Positions 1 to 10,658 of a DNA stretch of 64,000 nt are shown here, piece after piece; positions within the stretch are counted from its first letter, which is position 1; every line of letters begins with the position of its first letter. This DNA comes from an uncultured bacterium (lineage in GTDB: Bacteria > Verrucomicrobiota > Verrucomicrobiia > Limisphaerales > UBA8199). The position numbers were made by a program, and so were the translations under genes. The stretch spans positions 128,001 through 192,000 of the forward strand of contig CAVVMW010000024.1 in the NCBI GenBank assembly GCA_963749495.1, read 5' to 3'. A model generated the notes under the pieces. That model made no database searches. It was not told where the DNA came from and saw only the letters and a list, made by a program, of their open reading frames with translations.

Positions 1-203
1 GCTGGCGGACTCCGACGTGGCCGGCTCGGATGTCGTGGTCCAGAATAACTGGGCCGTTCCGGAACGGCTAAGTCTCATTTGGACAATCGCGCGCGTGTAG
101 CTGGCGGCGCGAAGCCGCGTTTCCGGCAACACCCACGCCGGGTCGTCAGTGCTGGAAACAGCCTGCAAGGTGTCCCCTGAAAGGTTCGTCTCCGTCAGTC
201 CCA

Positions 204-2759
204 TCATCGGACGCCAGGCACCGAGGGCCGGCCCGACCAAGCGGCCAGGTCCGGCGGCAACTTCCTCTCCGCCTCGCGCGCCGCGCAGTACCAGGAATCA
301 CAGGAGCGTCCGACATCGCCCGGCGCGATGTCCGTGTGCGCGCCCGGCGCGTCCGTGAACACGTCGCGGATGACGTCCAGGTAATCGAACCCGTAACCGC
401 GCGTCGGCTCGATATAGTGGCCCTCGCCAAACTCGTTCCAGCAGCAGAAAATGAGCGTGTTCCTCGCCGGCCCCATCGCGGACCGTGAGCCCGCATCGAT
501 GAGGGCCTTGGCGCGGCGGCACAAGTCCCTGAACCGCTCGGGCGTGTTGTCCGACCAGAAAAAGGGCGTCTCCTTCCACGGGCGCGAGTCCCAGCCCATC
601 ATGGCCGTCGGAATGTCCGGCAGCAGCCCATAACCTCGCTTGGCCTTCCAGATCTGCTCTTGTTGCTCGATGAAACCTTGATACGGGGCGCAGACGAAAT
701 CGCCCGCGGTTTGAACCTCGGCCGGTTGGCGCCACCCGAATCCGTAGGCCGAACTGGCGTCCCAGCCTTCCTGGGCCATGCTCTGGAGCGTCTGCCGGTC
801 TGCGGTGCCCACGCAGCCGACGATGTAAAGGCCGCCCAGACCCCGCTCCCTGCACATGGCCCGCATGGCCTCGAAGGCGCGGCGCACCTCACCGCTCGAG
901 CCGAGTTGGCGGGCCACGTTCTGCGGGACCCAGATGTAGAGCAACGGCTTGCCGTCCACCCGCAGATACGACGGGTTGGAAAAGTAGTTTTCGATCCAGA
1001 ACGGGAGCAGGTTCTCCAGCAGGTCCCGCGTGGAGCCGACGCCCTGGCCGCAGCCGTTCTCCCACATGATGGCGAACTTGATGCGGGGCAGAAACCGTGC
1101 TTTGAGCAGCCCGTCATGAATGGCGTGGCCGAGGGTCTGCGTCACCGGGGCATCGAGATTGGAGCGGTACCAGCAGTAAATGACGCCCGTGATGCCGTGC
1201 TCGAGCCAGTACTTGATGTGCCAATCGGCCACCTCGGGGTCACCCTCGTTGTACCAGCCCAGCACCGGCTCGCGTTCGGGCCACGGCTCGATGGCGCCCC
1301 AGCCGGTGTGAGTCCCTGTCTTCCAGAGCGGGCAATAGTGCGTCCAGAGGGTGTAGCGCCCCGCCGGCACGGCGACGGGCTCGGGAACGTAATCGGCTTT
1401 GGGAAAGTCCAGTCGTTGATTGAAGCGGATGGGCTGGTTGTTGGTTACGCCCGGCCCGCCGCCTGCCGCGAGCGCCACTTGGAATGAACCGGTCAGGGCC
1501 TTCGAGGCCCGCAAGCTCCAGGCGATGTCCTTGGTTTGCTGGAAGCCCAGTGTTCCGAGAGGCTGGACTTTCCCGCTCTCCAGCGACACGTCTGCCGGCA
1601 CGGTCAGTGTGGCCTGGACGTTGGAGGCCGCGCCGCCGGCGTTTCGGATGCGGACCACGACGGTCTCCGGGCGGCCTGCCCGGGGCAGCGTCGAACCGGG
1701 GAAGATGTCCAGGATGCTCAGTTCCGGCTCGGCCTGGACATGGTCCGTGAGGCGGACACACTGGATGGTCGCCGTCGAGGCGGGGGCTTCTGAGGGCGCA
1801 ACGCCCAGGGCCAGCAGGCGGCCGCTCCAACCGGGCCACATCCAAGGCTCCAGCACGTATGTGTGCGGCTTGCCATCCGCAACGGTGCCAAACCGAATCC
1901 GGCCGCCGCCGGACGTTGTCACGAAGATGACCTCCCCGCGGGTTCCGCGGTCCACGCTCATGCGAAGGCCCAGGAAATCCTTTTTCCCAACCGCGGTGTC
2001 CAGCCCCTGCCGCAAAACAACCCCCCGCGGCGACTGGTTGGTCACTCGCAGGCCCTCAGGGCCGGGGCTCGCGGAGGCCTCCCCTCCGGCCCGCCAGCCT
2101 TGAAGGCCCTTCGAGAAATCGAACTCGCTCAGCGCGTCGCCGGCCCCCTGGGCCTGGGGGCCAATCCCGTAAGCATGGCTGAGGATGTCGGCTGGCGGCA
2201 GCAGCTTCCGATAAATCCGGACATACTCGATCTCGCCCGCGAAGGCCGCGCCCAGCGCCACACTCGAGCCAATGCACACCGGGTTGTCCGTGGCCGGGGG
2301 CGCCGCCGCCTCCCGCGCAACGCTGAACGGCTCGCCATCTACCCACAAACAGGACTTATGACCGTCCCACTCGGCTACGATATGATGCCATTGGTTGGTT
2401 GCCGGGAGATACGCGCTGACCCGAGGCTCCCATTGCTCGTCGCCGTAAATGTAGAAGGAAATCCGGCTCCCTTCCGACGGCCAGTCGATGCGCAAGGCAT
2501 ACTCCTTGTCCTTGAACACGATGTTGCGGCCGTTTGAAAGGTCGCTGGGACGAATGCGGACCTCGATGCTGAAACCCGTCGTCAGATTCAGGCCGGGAGT
2601 CGAGGCCACCCTCATTGACGGCCCCAAGCCCGGATGCCAGGACCCAGCCAGGCCATCATCGCCGGCCGGGGGCTGCGGCGCCGCTGACAATGTCCACAAC
2701 GCGAAGAGGCCTAGGGCAATTCGCAATCTCGTGTTTCCAACCGCCGCATTCGGGTTCAT
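204..2759 (-). CDS. Secreted LamG + Ig/CARDB-like + glycoside hydrolase GH99-like (WbsX-like) domain protein
   Basis: Signal peptide; LamG-like segment (FSIEVRIRP, QWHHIVAEWDG, FAGEIEYVRIY); C-terminal HYCPLWK, PVLGWYNE and CWNEFGEGHYIEP motifs. Confidence 0.7.
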   Translation of the reverse strand: MNPNAAVGNTRLRIALGLFALWTLSAAPQPPAGDDGLAGSWHPGLGPSMRVASTPGLNLTTGFSIEVRIRPSDLSNGRNIVFKDKEYALRIDWPSEGSRISFYIYGDEQWEPRVSAYLPATNQWHHIVAEWDGHKSCLWVDGEPFSVAREAAAPPATDNPVCIGSSVALGAAFAGEIEYVRIYRKLLPPADILSHAYGIGPQAQGAGDALSEFDFSKGLQGWRAGGEASASPGPEGLRVTNQSPRGVVLRQGLDTAVGKKDFLGLRMSVDRGTRGEVIFVTTSGGGRIRFGTVADGKPHTYVLEPWMWPGWSGRLLALGVAPSEAPASTATIQCVRLTDHVQAEPELSILDIFPGSTLPRAGRPETVVVRIRNAGGAASNVQATLTVPADVSLESGKVQPLGTLGFQQTKDIAWSLRASKALTGSFQVALAAGGGPGVTNNQPIRFNQRLDFPKADYVPEPVAVPAGRYTLWTHYCPLWKTGTHTGWGAIEPWPEREPVLGWYNEGDPEVADWHIKYWLEHGITGVIYCWYRSNLDAPVTQTLGHAIHDGLLKARFLPRIKFAIMWENGCGQGVGSTRDLLENLLPFWIENYFSNPSYLRVDGKPLLYIWVPQNVARQLGSSGEVRRAFEAMRAMCRERGLGGLYIVGCVGTADRQTLQSMAQEGWDASSAYGFGWRQPAEVQTAGDFVCAPYQGFIEQQEQIWKAKRGYGLLPDIPTAMMGWDSRPWKETPFFWSDNTPERFRDLCRRAKALIDAGSRSAMGPARNTLIFCCWNEFGEGHYIEPTRGYGFDYLDVIRDVFTDAPGAHTDIAPGDVGRSCDSWYCAAREAERKLPPDLAAWSGRPSVPGVR

Positions 2760-2924
2760 GGGGTTACAGATAGGGCCGTGTTGCGCTCAACGGGGCAACC
2801 CTATCCCCTTCAACGCCCACCAGCAAGCCATCGCTCGATTTACAGGTGCAATGAGGCGCATGTGGCCGGTGCCACCACGGGCACAGGAATTGGAGACGCA
2901 ACCCAAGGCTGCGCGCATGCGCTG

Positions 2925-3150
2925 CAACCCGGAGGGTTGCTAGAGGGTAGCCGGGGGTCGCGAGGCCGTCGCGACCCCCGGTTGACGATCTGAAGGGTCC
3001 TGCACCCCGGAATGGGGTGCCAGAAGACCGCCCGGCGTGCGGTGCGCCCATTTCTGGCATCCCTCCGGGATGCAGGCGCCCCCCTGCGCCGAACCGGGGG
3101 TCTCGCTTCGCTTCGACCCCCGGCTACCATCTTCCATCCCTCCGGGATGA
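2925..3150. repeat. Compound palindromic REP-like element, family C (CCCGGAGGGxTG / GGTAGCCGGGGGTCG...CGACCCCCGG)
   Basis: Internal inverted repeats; related copies at about 24898-25120 and 46637-46860. Confidence 0.85.
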
Positions 3151-3219
3151 AACTGGTGGCCCGGAGCCATGTCAGGAATTCCTATCCGTGGGGTGGTACA
3201 TCTCCACATGCGCCCCTAA

Positions 3220-4737
3220 CTATTTCCCACGGCGCCTCAAGTGCTCCTGCAACTCGGACGCACGGAGGCCATTGCACTGGCAGGAGGCAAAGGCGCACAT
3301 ATGCCAGCCATCACCGATGAGAGTGTCGTCATAAAACACGACGAACCGGGTCCGGTCGTTCGCTTTGGACGGGCACTTCTCGCCTGCGGCGACATAGATG
3401 TATGGCCCGCCGCTTAGCAGCGATTTGGCTTCCAGCGGGGGTTTGAGGTGGCCGCTCTCGAAGAGGACAGCCAGGCTCTCCGGGTAAACCTGGTCGTGCG
3501 CCTGCGCATAGCTTTGGATGGCCCAGGCGATCTCCAGCATCCTCCCGCCGTTTTTCCGCGAAGGGGCGTTTTCCCCCGCCTTCCAGAGCGCGGCCATCGC
3601 CTCTTCATTGGCCGCCGCCGCCTGGAAGAGGTCGGGCCGTTTGTGCATGAGGCCCTGCACCGGCGTCCACGAGAACAACGCGCCGCCCTCACGCGGCGCC
3701 TGGGGGAGGCCCTTGAGGTAAGGACCAAGAACACCGTCCGGATCGGATAGAGCGACATCGAGAAGCCTCCTGGCGGATTGGGCGGCAGCCTGTTTGGCTG
3801 CTTCCAAAGCTGCCCGCTCGCTCTCAGGCGCGTTTGGGTTGGTTTCCCCCACGACGCACGCGTCCATCAATGCCGGTTGCGTTGCGGCAAATGCCCCCCA
3901 GATCCGGTTCGGAAGGAACTGCGCCAGTTGCAACGGGCCGTGCTGCCACCACTCTTTAATGCCCGGCCAATTGAACATCTGGCTGGCCATCCCGTACACA
4001 GCGGCGGCGTAGCCGTTCTTCTTCGGAAGCCAGTCAGCGGCCAGTTCGGCTTTTAACCCCAATCCCTCCTGGACTGCGAATTGCGCGTACCACCGATTGG
4101 TGAAATTGGTGACAAAAAGGTGGCCGGCCAGCGTCAGGAGCATCTCGGCTGCTTCGGAGCGCGTGGCGGGCTCCGCGGCCCTGCCTATTTCGGAGAGCGC
4201 CCCGTAGGTCGGCTGCATGCCCGCACCGCTGAAATCCGCCCAACGCGAGGTCTTCCAACTCAGCGCGCAGAGCCGGTCAAGGCCATGGAGGTGCAACGCA
4301 TCGAGGGCTTTGAAGAGCGCCTCGCCGAGGATGGAATCATAGAAACGCATCTCGGGACACGCCGCCGCCTTTCGATACGCATCGAGGGCCTCGTCCCTGC
4401 GGCTTGAGACGTGCAGCAGCGCTCCTTGCAGATAATGGCCCAGGGCGTTATCGGGGTCGGCCCGGACGAGTCCGCCGACGGTTTCCGCATCAATGCTATC
4501 CAAGGCGACCGCGAGCACTGCGGCGATGGGGGCGTATTCGCTCCTGGCCCTCACCGCCATTTCGCTTAACTCCTTGCGCACGGGGTCACCCGCCCGCGCC
4601 AGAAAAGCCAGACCGAGCAAGACCGGCGGGTCGGTCGCAGCCGCTGCAGCGGCCCCGAGGCTCTCGGCCGAAACCGCCTTGTCCACCGGCTCCCGGTACG
4701 AAGGCAGGTCCGGGATTTTTGTCGGCAAGCGTGTCAT
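3220..4737 (-). CDS. Hypothetical protein, TPR-like N-terminus and pseudopilin-like C-terminal helix
   Basis: Long ORF; start moved to MTRLPTK because the upstream part is repeat-derived; DPDNALGHYL and RMLEIAWAIQSY...YPESL segments. Confidence 0.55.
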   Translation of the reverse strand: MTRLPTKIPDLPSYREPVDKAVSAESLGAAAAAATDPPVLLGLAFLARAGDPVRKELSEMAVRARSEYAPIAAVLAVALDSIDAETVGGLVRADPDNALGHYLQGALLHVSSRRDEALDAYRKAAACPEMRFYDSILGEALFKALDALHLHGLDRLCALSWKTSRWADFSGAGMQPTYGALSEIGRAAEPATRSEAAEMLLTLAGHLFVTNFTNRWYAQFAVQEGLGLKAELAADWLPKKNGYAAAVYGMASQMFNWPGIKEWWQHGPLQLAQFLPNRIWGAFAATQPALMDACVVGETNPNAPESERAALEAAKQAAAQSARRLLDVALSDPDGVLGPYLKGLPQAPREGGALFSWTPVQGLMHKRPDLFQAAAANEEAMAALWKAGENAPSRKNGGRMLEIAWAIQSYAQAHDQVYPESLAVLFESGHLKPPLEAKSLLSGGPYIYVAAGEKCPSKANDRTRFVVFYDDTLIGDGWHMCAFASCQCNGLRASELQEHLRRRGK

Positions 4738-4807
4738 CTCATGGTCTCTACACAAATCCCCGGTCGTCAGCAAACACCTCTTACCCCACCTCATTTGACA
4801 CTGGAGG

Positions 4808-4958
4808 GCCGTTGACAAAGTTGTAGCGCAGGTTTCCAAACCTGCTGTATCGCCGATTTCCAATCGGCAGGGCGTCGGCATGTCGAGCGCCCCCGGCTTG
4901 CGGACGGCCTGCGGGTTTGGAAACCCGCGATACAGCAGGTTTGGAAACCTGCGCTACA
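4808..4958. repeat. Palindromic REP-like element, family B (GTAGCGCAG...CTGCGCTAC)
   Basis: Terminal inverted GTAGCGCAGGTTTCCAAACCTGCTGTATCGC; copies at about 6968-7105 and 34120-34257. Confidence 0.85.
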
Positions 4959-5110
4959 CTGGCCGGAAGGCGTTGTTCCACAGCCAACCGGAACGCCCTC
5001 CCGCCCGGCGGGACGGCAGGATTGGCGCTCGAAGAAATCGGCCGTGCGGCCTCCCCAGGAACCCAACGTCCGGCTTGCCTTTTTGTCCTCCAGGCACTTA
5101 ATTAGCAGCC

Positions 5111-6331
<1,221 letters not shown>

Positions 6332-6361
6332 GGCCTGTCCCAAACGCCCCGCGAGTGGGGG

Positions 6362-6443
6362 ACCTTTGTCGCAGCCTTTGTCGAAACCTTTGTCGGATTT
6401 GGCCAATTCTCGACAAAGGTCCCGACAAAGGCTGCGACAAAGG
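6362..6443. repeat. 12-mer array with inverted arm, family A (CCTTTGTCGCAG)n...(CGACAAAGG)n
   Basis: Directly visible; copies at about 14255-14311, 17838-17940, 21308-21389, 43861-43942 and 46536-46604. Confidence 0.9.
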
Positions 6444-6549
6444 TACGGAATCAGAGCTTCTGGGGCAGCCTCTAAGCAGGCCAGCCCGTCAGGCCAGCAC
6501 CATGCGCAGGGTGCGACTAAAGCTGCCGCTCAGCCCGCGGCGCCTTTTT

Positions 6550-6740
6550 GCCCCGAAGGGGCTTCCGACAATAGCCAGGCGTTTCAACGCCGGGTGAACG
6601 GACCCAGGGAGCAGGTCCGTCCCGAAGGGACGGCTGAAAACATGGAGTGTTCTCAGTCGTCCCTTCGGGACGAGCGTCCCTCCTGGCACTTTGCCGGCGT
6701 TGAAACGCCGGGCTATTGTCAGCTCTCCCTCCGGGACAAA
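6550..6740. repeat. Palindromic REP-like element (GTCCCGAAGGGAC / GACAATAGCC...TTTCAACGCCGG)
   Basis: Nested inverted repeats. Confidence 0.75.
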
Positions 6741-6967
6741 ACCCCCAAGGCCCATGCCCGACGCGTTTAATCGCACCCCCATGCGCATCGGGATGAGCCG
6801 CCGCTTGAAAGGGTCGAGCACCAGGCCGAGACTCTCCAGAGTGACTCAGATGTTACCCAACCCTGCCCGTGCCGCCAAGCCTGCTTTGGAGCGGAACCGG
6901 GCGCCCTAAGTGGTCATGAACATAAATACGATGACGTATCCTGGATGCGCGGCAGGGCCGCGGCCAT

Positions 6968-7105
6968 TGTAGCGCAGACCTCCGAGTCTGCTGTCTCGCA
7001 GGTTTCCAAACCTGCGGGCCAACCAAGGTGCGGACGCGCGTGCCTTCACGGACGCGCAGCCGACTTGGAAGTCGGCGATACAGCAGACTCGGAGGTCTGC
7101 GCTAC
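6968..7105. repeat. Family B palindromic element
   Basis: GTAGCGCAGACCTCCGAGTCTGCTGT...ACAGCAGACTCGGAGGTCTGCGCTAC. Confidence 0.85.
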
Positions 7106-7388
7106 GTCACCGTATTTGCGTCCGGTGGTCCTAAGCGTGCGCGAGTTTGCCCGGCGGGCCGGCATGCACCCCTCGAATCACTGCAGCATGGAGGCCAACG
7201 TGCTGCCACCGCCGCCAGACGAAACCCTGGAGAAGCTGCGCTGTGCGCTGGGCTTGCGGACAGGCACGGCCGGCTACGAGACGTTCTACGACCTGGCGGC
7301 CAAGGGCCGGGATGAAATTCCCGCGGACGTCGAAAAGATTGTGAAGGAGAGCGTGCTCATCCCGGCGATGCTGCGCACGGTCGAATAA
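7106..7388 (+). pseudogene. XRE-family helix-turn-helix regulator, 5' end replaced or interrupted by a repeat
   Basis: LSVREFARRAGMHPSNHCSMEANVLPPP HTH-like segment; upstream frame runs through the family B repeat. Confidence 0.55.
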
Positions 7389-7406
7389 CTGGCTTGACAT
7401 TCCTAA

Positions 7407-7838
7407 ATGAATGTGTGTCTCATTATCTGCGGCATATCTATGAAGGCGCCTTTTGCTCCTTGCGGAATGCGTCCGGGGGCGTGTTCAAGAGAGAACACAA
7501 CGGACGGGTTCACCCTCATCGAGCTTCTTGTGGTCATCGCCATCATTGCGATTCTCGCTGCGCTGCTGCTCCCGGCACTCGCAAGTGCAAAGGCATACGC
7601 GCGTTCTGCAAGGTGCAAGAGCAACTTGCACCAAATGGGCGTGGCGCTCCAAATGTACGTTGGGGATTACAAGAGGTATCCCTATTCCTTGCAGCAACCT
7701 TTGCAGACGACCCAACTGGCCCCAATGCTCTTCTGGATGCAGGCACTGGAGCCTTACTACCCTCTGCGATTCGCACGTTGGATCAATGCCTCCCACAACA
7801 TTCTACAATCCCACGAACACGGCGAAGATGTGGAATAA
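7407..7838 (+). CDS. Prepilin-type N-terminal cleavage/methylation protein (DUF1559-like), apparently truncated
   Basis: [25 protein letters not shown]...CKSNLHQMG; much shorter than the two paralogs in the window. Confidence 0.7.
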   Translation: MNVCLIICGISMKAPFAPCGMRPGACSRENTTDGFTLIELLVVIAIIAILAALLLPALASAKAYARSARCKSNLHQMGVALQMYVGDYKRYPYSLQQPLQTTQLAPMLFWMQALEPYYPLRFARWINASHNILQSHEHGEDVE

Positions 7839-7974
7839 CGACCATCAGCCACATCCTGAAGCGTGGGTCCAGTAGCAACCGCAGGCGAAGGCGGTCGTGG
7901 TCGGTTCAGCCTGACCTGGGGAACATTGATTGCGTGGATTGATCTTGAGGGTTGGATCTCAGAAGCCTGGATGT

Positions 7975-8382
7975 TCAGGACCGCCCTGGCATTAGAGTCA
8001 GCCGCAGCCCCCAGTCCGCATCAACCGGGAAATCCGGCAGCGCGATGATTCCGGTCGCGCTGGCTCGCAGCGTCCCTCCGCCAACGTCTTGCCAGGAGCC
8101 GGTGCGGGGATCGAACCATTGCGCGCAGTAGAGGCTTTCGAGCCCGGCCCCGCGGACCTGGGTGCGCGGGCAGCCCTTCTCCAAGTAGAGCAGGAATATG
8201 TCCTTGTCCAGCGTCCGGGCGCAGTAGGCCCAGCCTTCATCGGACTGCAGGACGGGCGTCTTGTTGGGAGAGACCAGGTCCGCATTGGGGACCAGCTCCT
8301 GGCACCGCTTCCCGATCGAAAAGGCGAAGGTCCGCAAATGCTGCTTTTGCCTCGCGGAACTCCAGTGGAAGGCGTCCCACAT
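7975..8382 (-). pseudogene. C-terminal fragment resembling DUF4038/apiosidase-type proteins
   Basis: AQWFDPRTGSW...DADWGLRL tail; N-terminal part absent, with repeats upstream. Confidence 0.45.
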
Positions 8383-8408
8383 CCTGATCGGCGCCTCCGA
8401 CTTTCTTC

Positions 8409-8795
8409 GGGCTGAAAGCCCGACATGTGAAAGCCTGGGCTGAAGCGAGCTTGCGAGCGGAGGCCCAGGTCCATGGGCCGGGAACCCCCTGCGCCGTGTG
8501 AGGGCGCCACAAGGCCCGAATTTCCGGGCGACGTGTCCCGGCCTTACAGGCCCGGAGCATTCTCAGCACTCGCTTAGGCGGTGGAAATAAATAAAGGTAG
8601 CAACCTGCCTTGTTCTTTTGCCGCCCAGCTTCGTTGTTCACTCGTTGCAGATCACTGGATATGCGCCTCGTTCACGCCTCACTGGGCGCCAAAATCCCGG
8701 CGGCATCTTGCCACCTTTATTTATTTCCGCCGACTTACCCGGGCCTCCGCTCCGCTCCAGCCCGGGCTTTCACATCACGGGCCTTCGGCCCTGGC
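8409..8795. repeat. REP-like element, family F (GGGCTGAAAGCCC...TGTGAAAGCCTGGG) in inverted pair
   Basis: Related copies at about 29532-29630 and 29815-29912. Confidence 0.7.
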
Positions 8796-8923
8796 CCATC
8801 CCGACACCGCCCGGGCCACAGCCCCAGCTTTTTCAGGGCCGCCTGGGTCCTGGCGCCCTCGCAGCCCCGCTGTTTTCCCCAACTTCTTCAGATCATCCAT
8901 TCATCCACTCATCCATTCATCCG

Positions 8924-9979
8924 CTACCCCTGTCCCGCCAACTCCCGCAGTTTGCGCAATGCCTGGCCGCTGTCGATCACTTGGGCGGCCTCGTCCCATC
9001 CCGCGATGAGGCTCTTGGCGCGGCCGCCAACAAACAGGGCGGCGCCGGCGTTGAGCAGCGCCACGTCTCGTTTGGGGCCGCGCTCCTGGCCGGCGAGCAC
9101 GCGACGGATGATGGTTGCATTGGTCTGGACGTCGCCTCCGCGCAGGTCGGCCAACGTGGCCGGTTGGAGCGGGAAGAGATCGGGCTGCAGCGACGAGCAG
9201 GCCAGGCCGCGCTCCTGGTAGAACTCGGCAACGGTCGTTGGGCCAAGGGTCGAGAACTCGTCCAGGTGCCGGGTCGCCCCGGCCTGGTCGGGCGCCGCCC
9301 CGCAAGCGACCATGGCGCGGCGCACGCCCAAGGACTGGAGCACGCGGGCGAATGGCTCGCAGAGGTCCGGGCGCGGCACTCCCACCAGGGCGGCGGTGGG
9401 CCGCGCAGGATTGAGCAGCGGGCCCAGGAAGTTGAAGATGGTGCTCTGGCCGCGTTGCGCGCAGAGCTTGCGGGCGGGGACAATGTGGCGGAAGGCGGGA
9501 TGGTATTGGGGGGCAAAGAAAAAGGCGAACCCGTGCTCGCGCAACGAGCGGGCCGCCTCCTCAGGCCCCAGGTCGTGGCGGATGCCCAGCGCCTCGACCA
9601 CGTCCGCGCTGCCGATCGTCGAGGTGCTGGCGCGGTTGCCGTGCTTGGCGACGAGCACCCCCGCCGCCGCCGCGATGAGCGCCGCCGTGGTCGAGATGTT
9701 GAAGGTGCTCAGCCGGTCGCCCCCGGTCCCGACCACGTCCAGCACCTCGCCCGCGTCGGCCGGCAGATCCAGCGTCGGCTCGATGCACCGGGCGCGCAAC
9801 GCCCGCGCAAAGGCGGCAATCTCCTCCGTCGTCTCCCCTTTGCGTGCCAGGTGCGCCAAAAAATCCGCCTTCAACTCCACGGAAATCCCCTCATCCACAA
9901 GCGATTCCACCGCCAGGATCACTTGCTCCTCGGCCAGGTGCCGCGAGGCGGCAAGCTGCTTTATCAGTTCATCGAGCAC
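8924..9979 (-). CDS. trpD: Anthranilate phosphoribosyltransferase
   Basis: DVVGTGGD, FNISTT, KHGNRAS, NFLGPLLNP and LDEFS motifs. Confidence 0.95.
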   Translation of the reverse strand: MLDELIKQLAASRHLAEEQVILAVESLVDEGISVELKADFLAHLARKGETTEEIAAFARALRARCIEPTLDLPADAGEVLDVVGTGGDRLSTFNISTTAALIAAAAGVLVAKHGNRASTSTIGSADVVEALGIRHDLGPEEAARSLREHGFAFFFAPQYHPAFRHIVPARKLCAQRGQSTIFNFLGPLLNPARPTAALVGVPRPDLCEPFARVLQSLGVRRAMVACGAAPDQAGATRHLDEFSTLGPTTVAEFYQERGLACSSLQPDLFPLQPATLADLRGGDVQTNATIIRRVLAGQERGPKRDVALLNAGAALFVGGRAKSLIAGWDEAAQVIDSGQALRKLRELAGQG

Positions 9980-10060
9980 GCGCCGAATATAACGATCCGC
10001 CTGCTCCGCCCAAAGCCAATTCCGGAGGCTCCCGGCATGGCCTTTGACGGATGTACCGCT

Positions 10061-10158
10061 GAATGACGAATGACGAATGACGAATGACGAATGGGAGAAC
10101 GGGTGGATCCATGTGCAGTTTCGTCATTCGTCATTCGTCATTCGTCATTCGTCATTCC
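10061..10158. repeat. Inverted heptamer array (GAATGAC)n-spacer-(GTCATTC)n
   Basis: Directly visible. Confidence 0.95.
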
Positions 10159-10202
10159 TTCCACCCGCAACTCCGCGTCGCACCCGGTGTTGAATCCGCA
10201 AT

Positions 10203-10469
10203 ATGAGAACACCACCTGCGCTCATGGCTTTTGTCCTGGGAGGCCTCGTGCTCGGGTGCTCTTCCACGAGCACGCAAACCTCACCAGCCGCCTGGAACAG
10301 TCTCAATAGCGGGATGACTCGCCAGGAGATAATCGGCGTGTTGGGTCAGCCCTCGGGCCGCACTGGTTCGGGTGAAGATACCTGGCGCAACGGGAAATGG
10401 GAATTGCGCGTGGGCTATGATCAGCGTGGGCAGGCGATCCGCATTGTGCGTCAACTGATGATGAAGTGA
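10203..10469 (+). CDS. Small lipoprotein, BamE/SmpA-like fold
   Basis: Lipobox-like VLGC; LNSGMTRQEIIGVLGQP. Confidence 0.65.
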   Translation: MRTPPALMAFVLGGLVLGCSSTSTQTSPAAWNSLNSGMTRQEIIGVLGQPSGRTGSGEDTWRNGKWELRVGYDQRGQAIRIVRQLMMK

Positions 10470-10519
10470 GAGACCCGGACATTGCTAGCCGCTAAGCAGT
10501 AGCCTGTACCGCTGAACCA

Positions 10520-10611
10520 CGAATGACGAATGACGAATGACGAATGACGAAATTGCACACCGATCTGCCGGTTTTGCCATTCGTCATTCGTCATTCGCCA
10601 TTCGTCATTCG
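10520..10611. repeat. Inverted heptamer array (GAATGAC)n...(GTCATTC)n
   Basis: Directly visible. Confidence 0.95.
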
Positions 10612-10658
10612 GGAAACTCCTGTCAATTGGATTAAAAAGGGGTGTAAGCTCGGCGGCA

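Noticed and set aside
1..100. 3' end of a CDS entering the window on the + strand (stop at 98-100)
   Set aside because: An open frame is plausible but too short to assign.
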